Part shown: in pieces, positions 38,452 through 49,069 of the stretch
How positions within the stretch are numbered: the stretch's first letter is position 1
Layout: each line of letters begins with the position of its first letter
Origin: an uncultured Bacilli bacterium
GTDB lineage: Bacteria > Bacillota_I > Bacilli_A > RF39 > UBA660
Assembly: GCA_934120265.1 (NCBI GenBank)
Contig: CAKOTU010000001.1
Coordinates: forward strand, 5,395-69,394
Direction of reading: 5' to 3'
DNA: 64,000 bases
Program-made: the position numbers and the translations under genes
The notes under the pieces: model-generated
The model's input: only the letters and a program-made list of their open reading frames with translations
Told to the model about the DNA's origin: nothing
Database searches by the model: none

Positions 38452-40596
38452 ATGAACGATTTAATTATTAAAGAAATAAGTACTAATTTAAACATTAAAG
38501 ATAGTAGCGTTAAAGCTACTTTAAAATTATTAAGTGAAGGTAATACTATTCCTTTTATTGCTCGTTATCGTAAAGAAGCAACTAATTCTTTGAATGAAGA
38601 GCAAATTAGGGCTATAAATGAATATTATATCTATCAAGTAAATTTATTAAAGAGAAAAGAAGATGTACTTAGATTAATTGATGAAAAAGGCTTGCTAACG
38701 GAAGAATTAAAAAATAAAATTATGAGTTGTACTAAACTTGTTGAAGTAGAAGATTTATATAGACCTTATAAAGAAAAGAAAAAAACAAAAGCAACTGATG
38801 CTATTAATAATGGACTTGAACCACTTGCTAAAAAGATTATGTCATTTCCTTTGAATGGAACTATTTCTGAACTTGCTAAATCATACATCAATGATAAAGT
38901 TAAAAATATTGATGAAGCTTTAACTGGTGCTAAATATATCATAGCTGAATGGATAAGCGATAATGCATATATTAGAAAAAACATTAGAAGAATAACTTTT
39001 AACAGTGGTGTTATTACAAGCAAGAAAAAGAAAAGTGCAGTAGATGATAATAAAGTATATGAAATGTATTATGATTATAAAGAAAATGTAAAGTATATAA
39101 AACCACACCGAGTTTTGGCTTTAAACCGTGGTGAAAAAGAAAATATATTAAGTGTTAATATTGAAATCGATTTAAAAGAAATCATTTCGTTTATAAGTAA
39201 GAATGTTATAAAAAATGATAAGTCATTCGTTACTGATATTGTAAACGAGGCTATTGAAGACAGTTATAAGAGATTAATTGCTCCAAGTATTGAAAGAGAG
39301 ATAAGAAGTGAACTTACTGAAAAAGCTGATGAAGTAGCAATTGATTCATTTGGTAAAAATTTGGAAAATTTATTATTACAACCACCAATGAAAGATAAAA
39401 TGATTTTAGGACTTGACCCTGCATATCGTACTGGTTGTAAGTTAGCTGTTATTGATTATACAGGTAAAAAGTTGGATATTAAAGTTATATATCCACATGA
39501 ACCACATAAAAAATATGAAGAAGCAAAAAAGATAATGCTAGATTTAATTGATAAGTATAATATTGATATTATTGCTATAGGTAATGGTACAGCTAGTCGT
39601 GAAAGTGAAGCTTTTGTTGCAGATGTTATATCAAGTTCCAAAAGAAAACTTGAGTACATAATTGTAAGTGAAGCTGGTGCCAGTGTTTATTCTGCTAGTA
39701 AACTTGCTATATCCGAGTTTCCAGATTTGCATGTTGAAGAAAGAAGTGCTATAAGTATTGCCAGAAGACTTCAAGACCCTTTAGCAGAGCTTGTTAAAAT
39801 AGATCCTGAAAGTATTGGTGTTGGTCTTTATCAACATGATGTATCAAATAAAAGATTGAAGGAGTCACTTGACTTTGTAGTTAGCAAGTCAGTAAACCAA
39901 GTTGGAGTAAATGTTAATACAGCTAGTCCATTCTTACTTAAGTATGTGTCTGGTCTTACTAGTAAAGTTATTGATAAAATAATAAATTTAAGAGAAACAA
40001 AAGGAAAAATTTTATCACGAATTGAGTTAGAAAAGGTATTAACTCCAAAAACTTATGAGCAAGCCATAGGATTTTTAAGGATTGTTGATGGAAAAAATGT
40101 TTTAGATGAAACAGGAATTCACCCAGAAAGTTATAATGTAACTTTAAAACTTTTAGATAAATTAGGTCTTTCACTAGATGATATTGGTTCTAAACAAATA
40201 ATTAAAAAGTTAGATGAAATTGATATAGAAAATATGGCTAAAGAGTTAAGTACAGATATTTATACACTAGATGATATTGTTAAGTGTTTAAAAAATCCAA
40301 TGCGTGATCCAAGAGATGAAATGCCAAAACCACTTCTTAGAAGTGATATCCTACATTTAGAAGATTTAAAAGTAGGTATGAAGTTACAAGGTACAGTTCG
40401 TAATGTAGCGCCATTTGGAGTATTTATTGATATTGGTCTTAAAAATGATGGACTAGCCCACGTATCAAAACTTAGCAAAGAGTTTGTCAAAGATCCAATG
40501 GATGTTGTAAGCGTTGGTGATATCGTTGATTGTTATGTAGATGAAATATTTATGGATAAAAATAAAGTAGCTCTTTCGTTAATTGAACCAAAATAG
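38452..40596 (+). CDS. tex: Tex-like transcription accessory protein (YqgF-like and HhH domains plus C-terminal S1 domain)
   Basis: N-terminal TIPFIARYRKE, the YqgF-like region LGLDPAYRTGCKLAV and the C-terminal S1 domain GTVRNVAPFGVFIDIG. Confidence 0.9.
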   Translation: MNDLIIKEISTNLNIKDSSVKATLKLLSEGNTIPFIARYRKEATNSLNEEQIRAINEYYIYQVNLLKRKEDVLRLIDEKGLLTEELKNKIMSCTKLVEVEDLYRPYKEKKKTKATDAINNGLEPLAKKIMSFPLNGTISELAKSYINDKVKNIDEALTGAKYIIAEWISDNAYIRKNIRRITFNSGVITSKKKKSAVDDNKVYEMYYDYKENVKYIKPHRVLALNRGEKENILSVNIEIDLKEIISFISKNVIKNDKSFVTDIVNEAIEDSYKRLIAPSIEREIRSELTEKADEVAIDSFGKNLENLLLQPPMKDKMILGLDPAYRTGCKLAVIDYTGKKLDIKVIYPHEPHKKYEEAKKIMLDLIDKYNIDIIAIGNGTASRESEAFVADVISSSKRKLEYIIVSEAGASVYSASKLAISEFPDLHVEERSAISIARRLQDPLAELVKIDPESIGVGLYQHDVSNKRLKESLDFVVSKSVNQVGVNVNTASPFLLKYVSGLTSKVIDKIINLRETKGKILSRIELEKVLTPKTYEQAIGFLRIVDGKNVLDETGIHPESYNVTLKLLDKLGLSLDDIGSKQIIKKLDEIDIENMAKELSTDIYTLDDIVKCLKNPMRDPRDEMPKPLLRSDILHLEDLKVGMKLQGTVRNVAPFGVFIDIGLKNDGLAHVSKLSKEFVKDPMDVVSVGDIVDCYVDEIFMDKNKVALSLIEPK

Positions 40597-40607
40597 GAGA
40601 TGATAAT

Positions 40608-41039
40608 TTGAAAAAATTAATATTTGCATTATTATTTTGTTTATTATTAACTGGATGTTTTGGCGAAACTGGTAGTGGAATCATTACTAAGACATGTACC
40701 AAAACTATAGAAGAAGAAGGGCTAACTATAACAGAAGAACGTGTTATTAAAAATGAAAATAATAATATCATAGTGGTTATCTTTCGTGATATAATAACAA
40801 ATAATGGTGATGATAATTATTTTAAGGCGTTAAAAAACAGTTATACATCAGAAGTTAATAGTTTAAATGAAAGTAATGTTTTATCTACTATCGATAACGA
40901 AAAAGATAAAGAGTTAATTGTAACTTATAATTTTAATTACAAAGATTTAGATGAAGAAATAAAGGAAAAATATGATTTAACAGATTTAAATCACAATCAA
41001 ATAAAGAAATATGAAGAAGAAGGATTTAAGTGTAAGTAG
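40608..41039 (+). CDS. lipoprotein (YehR/DUF1307-like)
   Basis: TTG start with AGGAGA RBS and lipobox LLLTGC. Confidence 0.6.
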   Translation: MKKLIFALLFCLLLTGCFGETGSGIITKTCTKTIEEEGLTITEERVIKNENNNIIVVIFRDIITNNGDDNYFKALKNSYTSEVNSLNESNVLSTIDNEKDKELIVTYNFNYKDLDEEIKEKYDLTDLNHNQIKKYEEEGFKCK

Positions 41040-41047
41040 GAGGAATT

Positions 41048-41620
41048 ATGAAAAAGATTTTAAGTATATTGAGTTGTTTAGTATTGTTAGTTATTATAAC
41101 TGGATGTGGAAGTAATAAGAATGATAATGATGCTTTAAAATTTAAAAATGAGTATGAAGCATTAAACAGTAGTTCAGTTAAGATGGATATTAGTGAAAGC
41201 AATCCTATTAAATACGCTACTTTTGATGAAATAGTGGAAGTTTTAACAAAAGGTACAGGAGTTGTGTACTTTGGTTTCCCAGGATGCCCTTGGTGTAGAA
41301 ACGTTATACCTGTTTTATTTGATGTAGCAAAAGAAAATAATGTAGATACAATTTATTATTTTAATCCACGTGAAATAAGAAGTAGTGGTGATGATGCATA
41401 TCAAAAACTTATTACTATTTTAAATGATTATCTAGAAGAAAATGATGAAGGTGTAAAGACTTTATATGTTCCAGATGTTTATTTTATTAAAGATGGAAAA
41501 ATAATGGGAAATCATTTATCTACAGTTGATTCACAAAATGATCCATATACAGCACTAACTGAAGAACAAACTACAGAACTAAAAAATATATATCAAGAAT
41601 TATTTGACAAAATAAAGTAG
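41048..41620 (+). CDS. lipoprotein with thioredoxin-like CPWC motif
   Basis: Lipobox IITGC and a GFPGCPWCRN redox motif. Confidence 0.65.
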   Translation: MKKILSILSCLVLLVIITGCGSNKNDNDALKFKNEYEALNSSSVKMDISESNPIKYATFDEIVEVLTKGTGVVYFGFPGCPWCRNVIPVLFDVAKENNVDTIYYFNPREIRSSGDDAYQKLITILNDYLEENDEGVKTLYVPDVYFIKDGKIMGNHLSTVDSQNDPYTALTEEQTTELKNIYQELFDKIK

Positions 41621-41664
41621 ACATATTCTACTTTTTTTGTTAGAATATACCGAAGGTGATTGCG

Positions 41665-42393
41665 ATGGAGAAAAAGCAAATAAGCGATATTAGATGTAAG
41701 GGAAGATTAATTTTTTTTAATATTAGTAACAATTCAAGGTTATATTTGAAAAACGATGAATTATTAAAATTTTCTCCCGGAATAAAAAACGGTGATAAAT
41801 TTGAAACAATTATTAATAAAGTTAGTGGTAATGAGTCTTTTTCTCAAATAAATTATTTATTATACAGTCAAGAAAAAATAAGAGGATATTCGATGCGTTT
41901 TTATAGAGGTGCTAAAAACTTGAAACGGCTATCGAACAGATCATTCTCACTAAAAAAAGAGGACTGTTGTAAAATTCAAAAAGCTTTTGATTTTATGACT
42001 GAAAATAGTTTACATTATGATGATGTACATCGAAAAAATTTTATGATTACTAGGTCAGGACAATTAATAGTTGTTGATTTAGAATCTTTAAGTGATTCAA
42101 AAGTAAAAGAAGTGGCTTCTAAAAATAATGAAATGGCTTCAGTGTTATCTTTATCATACTTATATAATATAGAGGTTAATGAAATTTTAGCATTAATAAG
42201 AAATAGGTCATCATTTTTAGTTAATGGTAATGAATTGTTATTTGACTATTTCTATAATTTAAATGAAAATAGTGATCTTCAAGAGTTATTGAAATTAGTT
42301 TCTATTGAAGATATTGAGGCAAATAGAAAGCAATTAAAAAGGGATTCAAAAGTTCTAAGTAAAAATGAATATTTTAGAAAATATTATTACTAA
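41665..42393 (+). CDS. hypothetical protein with protein-kinase-like catalytic loop
   Basis: HYDDVHRKNFMITRSGQLIVVDLES resembles the H-x-D-x-x-x-x-N ... D catalytic and Mg loops of the kinase-like / aminoglycoside phosphotransferase fold. I prefer the ATG at 41665, with RBS AAGGTGA. Confidence 0.45.
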   Translation: MEKKQISDIRCKGRLIFFNISNNSRLYLKNDELLKFSPGIKNGDKFETIINKVSGNESFSQINYLLYSQEKIRGYSMRFYRGAKNLKRLSNRSFSLKKEDCCKIQKAFDFMTENSLHYDDVHRKNFMITRSGQLIVVDLESLSDSKVKEVASKNNEMASVLSLSYLYNIEVNEILALIRNRSSFLVNGNELLFDYFYNLNENSDLQELLKLVSIEDIEANRKQLKRDSKVLSKNEYFRKYYY

Positions 42394-42440
42394 GGATATG
42401 AATTCCTTTTTTGATGTAAAAAAGAGGAATATGTGGTAAA

Positions 42441-44084
42441 ATGTATATGGTGATTAAAATGACCTTTTTAGATAAAGTTGTTTCAAAAAAGAAAAATATT
42501 GTTTTGTTTTTAATAGTAGTAGCAGTAATTAGTTCTGTTACATTATTTTTAATACCTAATATGAGTAGGGGACATGATCTTGCTTTTCACTTATCAAGGA
42601 TATCAGCTCTTAAAGATAATTTAAAATTAGGAATAGTAGGCGGATATATTTATCCTAATTATTTAGGTGGCTATGGTTATGGCAATGGATTATTTTATCC
42701 AGATTTATTCCTTTATATTCCAGCCTTTTTATCATATTTAGGATTAAGCGTTATAACATCATATAAAATATTTCTATTATTAATATCATTCTTTTCAGTT
42801 GGAACGATGTATGTTTGTGTAAAAGGTATTAGTAAAAATAAAAAAAGTGCTTTAATATCTTCATTTATATATGGATTTGCTTCTTATCGTTTGATAGACA
42901 TGTTTACACGTGCCGCATTAGGTGAAACATTAGCTTTTGTTTTCGCCCCACTGGTTATTTATGGAATGTATGAAATTATTTATGGTGATTACAAAAAATT
43001 TTATATTTTAACTATTGGAATGAGTGGCCTTATTCTTAGTCATTTAATAAGTACATATTTAGTTGGCATTGTTTTAGTTATTATGTGTCTTGTAAATATA
43101 AAAAAATTATTTCAAGAAAAAAAACGAATACTTTATTTAATAGTAGCGGCTTTAGCTACCTTATGTTTAACTGCTTATTTCATTTTCCCAATGCTAGAAC
43201 AAATGCTTAGCGGTAAATTCATCTTTAATAATTTAGATGAAACAAGTAAATTATTAGAAAGATCTTTACCAATTTGGTCTATATTCATTGAGTTTCCTTA
43301 TCATGTTTTAAGAAAACTATGGATTCCTACAGGACTTGGTATTGGATTTATCATTTTAATTTATTATTATTTTAAAAACTTTAAGGATAATGATAAATTT
43401 ACTAATTACTGTTTTATTACAGGAATTATATTTTTAATTTGTTCAACTAATTTATTTCCTTGGAATTTATTTCAAGGAATACTATCGCCAATTCAATTTC
43501 CTTGGCGTTTCTATTTTGTTTCTGTTTTACTTTTAAGTATCGGATCTGGAGTAATGTTGAGTAAACAGAATGTTGAAATTGAAAAAAAAGCTAAATTTTT
43601 ATTTATTATCTTTTTAATTCCTGTAATTACTATTGGAACTTTAAATTTCTTTGAAAAAAATATAAAAGAAGTTGGAGAATATGAAATCTCATTTGGTGAG
43701 TATATGCCATTAAGTGCTAATAAAGATTATATTTTAAAAAGAGGAGACGTTATAACTTCCAAGTATCCTTTAAACCATTCGTTTACTCGTAATGGATTAT
43801 CTCTAGAAATTGAATATCACAACAATGAAGGTACTAATTCTTTGGAATTACCACTTCTTTATTACAAGGGGTATAAAGCTTCAACTAGTGAAAAAGAATT
43901 AGATGTATATCAAACAGATAATGGTTTAGTTGGAGTTGATATTGATACTAATGAAGACGTTGTTTATGTGTCTTATGCTGGTACTAAAATCCAAAAATTA
44001 TCAAAGGCTATTTCTGTAGTAGCAGTGTTGATTTTTGCCATTTATTTATATTTGAAAAAAAGAGGTGTCGCTGATGAAAAATAA
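42441..44084 (+). CDS. polytopic membrane protein, probable lipid-linked glycosyltransferase (PTPS-related/YfhO-like)
   Basis: More than 10 TM helices and an N-terminal GHDLAFHLSRISALKDNL motif. The start may instead be 42459. Confidence 0.55.
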   Translation: MYMVIKMTFLDKVVSKKKNIVLFLIVVAVISSVTLFLIPNMSRGHDLAFHLSRISALKDNLKLGIVGGYIYPNYLGGYGYGNGLFYPDLFLYIPAFLSYLGLSVITSYKIFLLLISFFSVGTMYVCVKGISKNKKSALISSFIYGFASYRLIDMFTRAALGETLAFVFAPLVIYGMYEIIYGDYKKFYILTIGMSGLILSHLISTYLVGIVLVIMCLVNIKKLFQEKKRILYLIVAALATLCLTAYFIFPMLEQMLSGKFIFNNLDETSKLLERSLPIWSIFIEFPYHVLRKLWIPTGLGIGFIILIYYYFKNFKDNDKFTNYCFITGIIFLICSTNLFPWNLFQGILSPIQFPWRFYFVSVLLLSIGSGVMLSKQNVEIEKKAKFLFIIFLIPVITIGTLNFFEKNIKEVGEYEISFGEYMPLSANKDYILKRGDVITSKYPLNHSFTRNGLSLEIEYHNNEGTNSLELPLLYYKGYKASTSEKELDVYQTDNGLVGVDIDTNEDVVYVSYAGTKIQKLSKAISVVAVLIFAIYLYLKKRGVADEK

Positions 44085-46644
44085 AAAAGTATTATATTAT
44101 TTATTATCATTTTTTATACCAGCCTTATTAATTACAATAATATATGCTTGTATAGGAATTTATCCATTTGGTAAAAAGTCACTACTTACTGTTGATTTAG
44201 CAGGACAGTATGTAGCGTTCTTTAATGCCTATAAAAATATTTTTAGTGAAGGAATAAGCATATTCTATTCATTTAGTAAAACTTTAGGTGGTAATATGTT
44301 TGGACTTATTACTTACTATTTATTAAGCCCAGTTAATTTAATTTTGCTATTTTTTAGTAGAACTAATATTACGGAAGCAATATTCTTAATTAATGTAGTA
44401 AAAATAGGCTTATGTGGTTTAACCGCTTTCACATATTTTAGAAAAACGTTTAAAGATCAAAGTTTCATTCCTTTAGTTTTTAGTTTAGTTTATGCACTAT
44501 GTGCTTATAATATTGTTTATAGTCAAAACCTACTTTGGTTAGACGGTGTAATTATTTTACCACTTGTTTTCTTAGGCATAGATAGGCTTATTGAAAAAGA
44601 AAAACCAATGTTATTTTATGGAATGTTAACATTAACTATTTTCTGTAATTATTATATTGGGTATATGACTTGTATAGCATCATTAGCATATTTCTTATAT
44701 AAATTATATTTAAAAAATAATTATAAACTAAGTTTAAAGGATAATAAAAAGGATATAATTTACTTTTTTAAATATGCTTTACTTGCGGTTGGTACAACCA
44801 TGATAATCTTACTTCCTTCAATATTTTCTTTGATGGCTGGAAAAGCAGGAAGTAATATAAGTGAATTTATTCCAAAACAAACTTATCCATCTATCGAACT
44901 TATCTCACGTATGTTTATAGGTTCATTTAACAATAGTGATTTATCAGGTGGCTGTCCTAATATCTTTATTTCGCTATTTATGATTATTTTAGTGTTATTC
45001 TATTTTTTCAACAACAAAATTCCAAGACAAGAAAGAAAAGCTAGTTTAATATTTATATTATTCTTTATTATAAGCTTTACATTTTATTCAGTAGATATTA
45101 TTTGGCATACATTTCAACATCCAGCGGGATTTCCATTTAGATACTCATTTATATATGATTTTGTATTACTAATAATTGCGTATAAAAGCTATGTTAATAT
45201 AAATGGAGTAGATAAAAAATGGTTTAAGAAAGCTATCCCTGGAGTTGTTGTTATAACGCTTATTATGGATAAACTTATGTATAATTCTAATATGTATTAT
45301 AAAATAATAGCTTCTGGAGTATTAATCGTTATCTATATTTTGTATTTATACTATAGTAAAAAACAAAATATTAATAAAATAATAATAGCTTTAATAACTT
45401 TAGAAATGGTTGTTAATGGGTTACTTGTTGTATGTAATATGAAGTATCAAGATAGAAGTGAATACGTTGACTTTGTTAACAGTTATGGACAAGTTATTGA
45501 TAAAATAAAAGAAAACGATAATGATTTCTATAGAATAGAAAAGAATTATTCTTATTCAACAAATGATTCCTTATTACTAAATTACAATGGTATTTCTCAT
45601 TTTAGTTCTACTTATGAAGGTAGTAACAATGAATTATTAGGAGATTATCTAGGAATCTTTAATAGATTCTATATCACTAATTATAATGGTTCAACGCCTG
45701 TTACTAATTCAATTTTTAATATCAAGTATTTACTTTTTAATAAGAAAATAAATTATTATAATAAGATTGATTTATACAAAACAAACACTGATAATATTTA
45801 TGTTTATCAAAATCAATATAATTTACCTTTAGGATTTATGGTTAATGATAAATTAAAAACTCTAGAATTAAAAGAATTAAAACCTTTTGAAAATCAAAAC
45901 GATATATTAAAGGCAATGACAGGTAGAGATGTAGATGTTTTCTTAGAAAACAAAAATGTTACATATAACTTAAACAACGTTAAGTTAAAAGAAAATTCAA
46001 AAGAGCCATTAACTTATAACATTATTAATTCTAACTACGCTGCTAGTATCAAATATAAAGTAAAAGTAGAACATGGTGGATTATTATACGCTTATGTTTC
46101 ATCAGATTATAACAAAAAAGTTGATATTAAAGTTAATGGAAAGAGCATTATAGACACAACCGATCAAAACGACTATCGTTATAATATTTTAGAACTAGGT
46201 GAATATAATGTTGATGACGAAATAGATTTTGAAATTGTTTTACTTGATAGTTCAATTAAGTTTAACGAAGTTGTGTTCTATACTTTAGATAAAGATAACT
46301 TTGAAAAGCAAATCGAAAAACTACAAAATAATAATAGTTTAAATATAGAAGAATTTAATATAGATTATATTAAAGGCAATGTTAATGTAGAAAATGACAA
46401 TGAGATACTTTACACATCTATACCTCTTGATAAAGGTTGGACAGTAAAAGTAGATGGTAAAAAAGTAGACAAGGTTGAAATATTTAATTCTTTAATTGGA
46501 ATTGAATTAAGTAAAGGAGAACATGTTATAGAATTTACTTATGTTCCTAGAGGTTTATATGCTGGTGGATTTGTTTCAATTGTATCTTTATTCCTTGTGA
46601 TATTTTTAAAAAAAGAGAAAGTGGGTAAAAGAAAGTGCAAATAG
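44074..46644 (+). CDS. YfhO family membrane protein (putative glycosyltransferase for cell-wall polymers)
   Basis: About 850 aa with many TM helices, a large extracytoplasmic C-terminal domain and a final TM helix, which is the YfhO architecture. The start overlaps the upstream stop. Confidence 0.7.
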   Translation: MKNKKVLYYLLSFFIPALLITIIYACIGIYPFGKKSLLTVDLAGQYVAFFNAYKNIFSEGISIFYSFSKTLGGNMFGLITYYLLSPVNLILLFFSRTNITEAIFLINVVKIGLCGLTAFTYFRKTFKDQSFIPLVFSLVYALCAYNIVYSQNLLWLDGVIILPLVFLGIDRLIEKEKPMLFYGMLTLTIFCNYYIGYMTCIASLAYFLYKLYLKNNYKLSLKDNKKDIIYFFKYALLAVGTTMIILLPSIFSLMAGKAGSNISEFIPKQTYPSIELISRMFIGSFNNSDLSGGCPNIFISLFMIILVLFYFFNNKIPRQERKASLIFILFFIISFTFYSVDIIWHTFQHPAGFPFRYSFIYDFVLLIIAYKSYVNINGVDKKWFKKAIPGVVVITLIMDKLMYNSNMYYKIIASGVLIVIYILYLYYSKKQNINKIIIALITLEMVVNGLLVVCNMKYQDRSEYVDFVNSYGQVIDKIKENDNDFYRIEKNYSYSTNDSLLLNYNGISHFSSTYEGSNNELLGDYLGIFNRFYITNYNGSTPVTNSIFNIKYLLFNKKINYYNKIDLYKTNTDNIYVYQNQYNLPLGFMVNDKLKTLELKELKPFENQNDILKAMTGRDVDVFLENKNVTYNLNNVKLKENSKEPLTYNIINSNYAASIKYKVKVEHGGLLYAYVSSDYNKKVDIKVNGKSIIDTTDQNDYRYNILELGEYNVDDEIDFEIVLLDSSIKFNEVVFYTLDKDNFEKQIEKLQNNNSLNIEEFNIDYIKGNVNVENDNEILYTSIPLDKGWTVKVDGKKVDKVEIFNSLIGIELSKGEHVIEFTYVPRGLYAGGFVSIVSLFLVIFLKKEKVGKRKCK

Positions 46645-47462
46645 TAGAATTAATTAAAATTATATTTTTTGGAATAGTTGAAGGTATTACAGAGTGGTTA
46701 CCAATCAGTAGTACCGGTCATTTAATCTTATTAGAACAATTTATTAAATTGAATGTTAGTGATTCATTTATGGAAATGTTTAGAGTTGTAATTCAATTGG
46801 GTGCTATTATGGCTGTTGTTGTTTTATACTTCCATAAGCTTAATCCTTTTTCTCCTAAAAAATCTAGTAAAGAAAAAAAGGATACTTGGAGCCTATGGTT
46901 TAAAGTGGCAGTAGCGTGTATTCCAGCTGTAATATTCTCAGTGTTTGATGATAAAATGGATGAATTATTTTATAACTGGATTACAGTTGCTATTATGTTA
47001 ATTGTTTATGGTATACTATTTATTGTAATAGAAAATAGAAATAAAAATAAAGAACCAAAGGTAAAAGATGTTAATGATATTTCTTACAAGTTAGCGTTAA
47101 TTATAGGATTATTTCAAGTACTAGCTATTATTCCAGGAACTAGTAGATCTGGGTCAACTATAATGGGAGGAATTTTATTTGGAGCTTCACGTGCCGTAAC
47201 AGCAGAATTTACTTTCTTCTTAGGAATTCCTGTTATGTTTGGAGCCAGTTTATTAAAGCTTATTAAATTCGGATTTGCATTCACAACTGCCGAGGTAGTT
47301 ACACTATTAATAGGTATGTTAACCGCATTCTTAGTTTCTATTATAGTTATTAAATTCTTAATGAATTATATTAAAAAACATGACTTTAAAGCTTTCGGAT
47401 GGTACCGCATTATACTAGGTATTCTAGTTATATTATATTTTTTAATATTTAAAACCATTTAA
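46635..47462 (+). CDS. uppP: undecaprenyl-diphosphate phosphatase
   Basis: [14 protein letters not shown] and [10 protein letters not shown] motifs with 8 TM helices. Confidence 0.9.
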   Translation: MQIVELIKIIFFGIVEGITEWLPISSTGHLILLEQFIKLNVSDSFMEMFRVVIQLGAIMAVVVLYFHKLNPFSPKKSSKEKKDTWSLWFKVAVACIPAVIFSVFDDKMDELFYNWITVAIMLIVYGILFIVIENRNKNKEPKVKDVNDISYKLALIIGLFQVLAIIPGTSRSGSTIMGGILFGASRAVTAEFTFFLGIPVMFGASLLKLIKFGFAFTTAEVVTLLIGMLTAFLVSIIVIKFLMNYIKKHDFKAFGWYRIILGILVILYFLIFKTI

Positions 47463-47465
47463 TAG

Positions 47466-47494
47466 TTGACATTAAATTAAAAAAAACTTATACT
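47466..47494 (+). promoter_or_regulatory. sigma-A promoter of the S-box leader
   Basis: TTGACA at 47466-71, a 17-nt spacer and TATACT at 47489-94. Confidence 0.65.
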
Positions 47495-47503
47495 TAAGTT
47501 AGA

Positions 47504-47624
47504 TCTTATAAAGAGTGATGGAGGGACTAGCCCAATGAAGTCACACCAACCTATTTAATTAGGTGGTAAAGCTAGAGCGATAAGATAACTTTTCACACTC
47601 AAGAGTTATCTTGAGTGTTTTTTT
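47504..47624 (+). promoter_or_regulatory. SAM-I (S-box) riboswitch with expression-platform terminator
   Basis: TCTTATAAAGAGTGATGGAGGGACTAGCCCAATGAAGTCACACCAACC...GGTGGTAAAGCTAGAGCGATAAGA carries the conserved S-box core and P1 pairing (TCTTATA/ATAAGA). The terminator is CACTCAAGA/TCTTGAGTG plus T7 at 47596-47624. The competing antiterminator is AAGATAACT (47582-90) with AGTTATCTT (47604-12). Confidence 0.85.
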
Positions 47625-47649
47625 GTAAGATTACAAAGGAGGAGATAAG

Positions 47650-48675
47650 ATGAAATTTTATAGTAATGAAATAGTATTTAGAGGTCATCCTGATAAAGTA
47701 TGTGATCAAATAAGTGATGCTATTTTAGATGAGTGTTTAAGACAAGATAAAACTTCAAGATGTGGAATTGAAGTAGTAGGTGGAAAGGGAAAGATATTTG
47801 TAACTGGTGAAATAACTAGTAATGCAAAATTTGACTTAACTAATATTGTAAAAAGAGTGTTAAAAGATATTGGTTATAATGATAATTATGAAATTATTGA
47901 TAATATTGGAAAACAAAGTCAAGATATTGCACTTGGAACTAATGTAGAAGTAGGCGGAGCAGGAGATAATGGAATGATGTTTGGTTATGCTTGCAAAGAT
48001 ACTAAAGAATTATTGCCAAAAGCCATGGTAATATTACAAAAACTAAGCGAAGAATATGATAAATTAGTTCATAGTGATGAAAGATTTTGTGCTGATGGAA
48101 AAGCTCAAATTACAGGTGTTTATGACGAACATAATAAACTAATAAAAATTAAAGATTTTACAGTATGCTATCAAAATACTGAAAAAGAAAGAGAAAAAAC
48201 AGATGAAATAATAAAAGAAATCTGTGATAAAATTTGTAAGGAATACAATGTGGAAGTAGAAACATATTTAATAAATCCTACTGGTAGATTTGAAATTGGT
48301 GGATTTGATGGTGACGCTGGATTAACAGGAAGAAAAATAGTTGTTGATAGTTATCAATCATTTGCTAATGTTGGTGGAGGGGCATTCTCTGGAAAAGACC
48401 CAAGTAAAGTAGATAGAAGTGGTGCTTACAAAGCAAGAGAAATAGCTAAAAAAATAGTATCTTCAAATGATAAATATGAATGGTGCCAAGTACAACTATC
48501 ATATGCAATAGGAATAGAAGAACCATTAGCAATCTATATTGAAACAAATTTAGGTAATATAGAAGTTGATAAAGAATTATATGAAGAGTGTAAACCAAGA
48601 AATATTATAAAAGATTTAAATCTTTTAAATGAGCACTATGAAGAAAGAGCTAAATTTGGTCATTTTAGAAACTGA
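47650..48675 (+). CDS. metK: methionine adenosyltransferase (S-adenosylmethionine synthetase), short form of 341 aa
   Basis: GHPDKVCDQISDAILD, GAGDNGMMFGYA, DGKAQIT, NPTGRFEIGG and GGGAFSGKDPSKVDRSGAY. Confidence 0.9.
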   Translation: MKFYSNEIVFRGHPDKVCDQISDAILDECLRQDKTSRCGIEVVGGKGKIFVTGEITSNAKFDLTNIVKRVLKDIGYNDNYEIIDNIGKQSQDIALGTNVEVGGAGDNGMMFGYACKDTKELLPKAMVILQKLSEEYDKLVHSDERFCADGKAQITGVYDEHNKLIKIKDFTVCYQNTEKEREKTDEIIKEICDKICKEYNVEVETYLINPTGRFEIGGFDGDAGLTGRKIVVDSYQSFANVGGGAFSGKDPSKVDRSGAYKAREIAKKIVSSNDKYEWCQVQLSYAIGIEEPLAIYIETNLGNIEVDKELYEECKPRNIIKDLNLLNEHYEERAKFGHFRN

Positions 48676-48779
48676 TTAGTGACAAATTTAAAAACATTTT
48701 CGTATAATTAATACGTAAAGGTAGTAATTTACCCTAAAAATATTATAATCAAGTAAAAGTAGACAATTATTTAAAATAA

Positions 48780-49040
48780 TTAATATTCTTAAATTGAATA
48801 GGTGTTCAATAGTTAAGAGCATATTGAGACCTTTCATTATTAAAATAATAGATGTAATCTTCAATAGATTTAAAATATCATTAGAATCATTAATTTTAAA
48901 ATCAATGAATAATTCTTCTTTAATCCAGCTATTAATGGCTTCCATAGCACCATTTTCGGTAGGAGAGCCTGGCTTAGAAGTAGAATGTATGATATTATAT
49001 AGATGTAAAGATTCATTGAATCTTTTAGTTACCACCAAAA
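48780..49040 (-). pseudogene. IS3-family transposase (OrfB, rve integrase core) C-terminal relic
   Basis: The minus-strand translation ...STSKPGSPTENGAMEAINSWIKEELF... matches the conserved S.....G.P.DN..ME.F...LK.E segment of IS3/IS150 transposases. The N-terminal ~250 aa are absent and the downstream frame is degenerate. Confidence 0.6.
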
Positions 49041-49069
49041 TATTATAACGTAAAGTGTAATTTTTTTAG

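Noticed and set aside
48794-49048. 84-aa + strand ORF opposite the IS3 relic.
   Set aside because: It is the antisense reading of the transposase remnant. It has no RBS and a low-complexity sequence.
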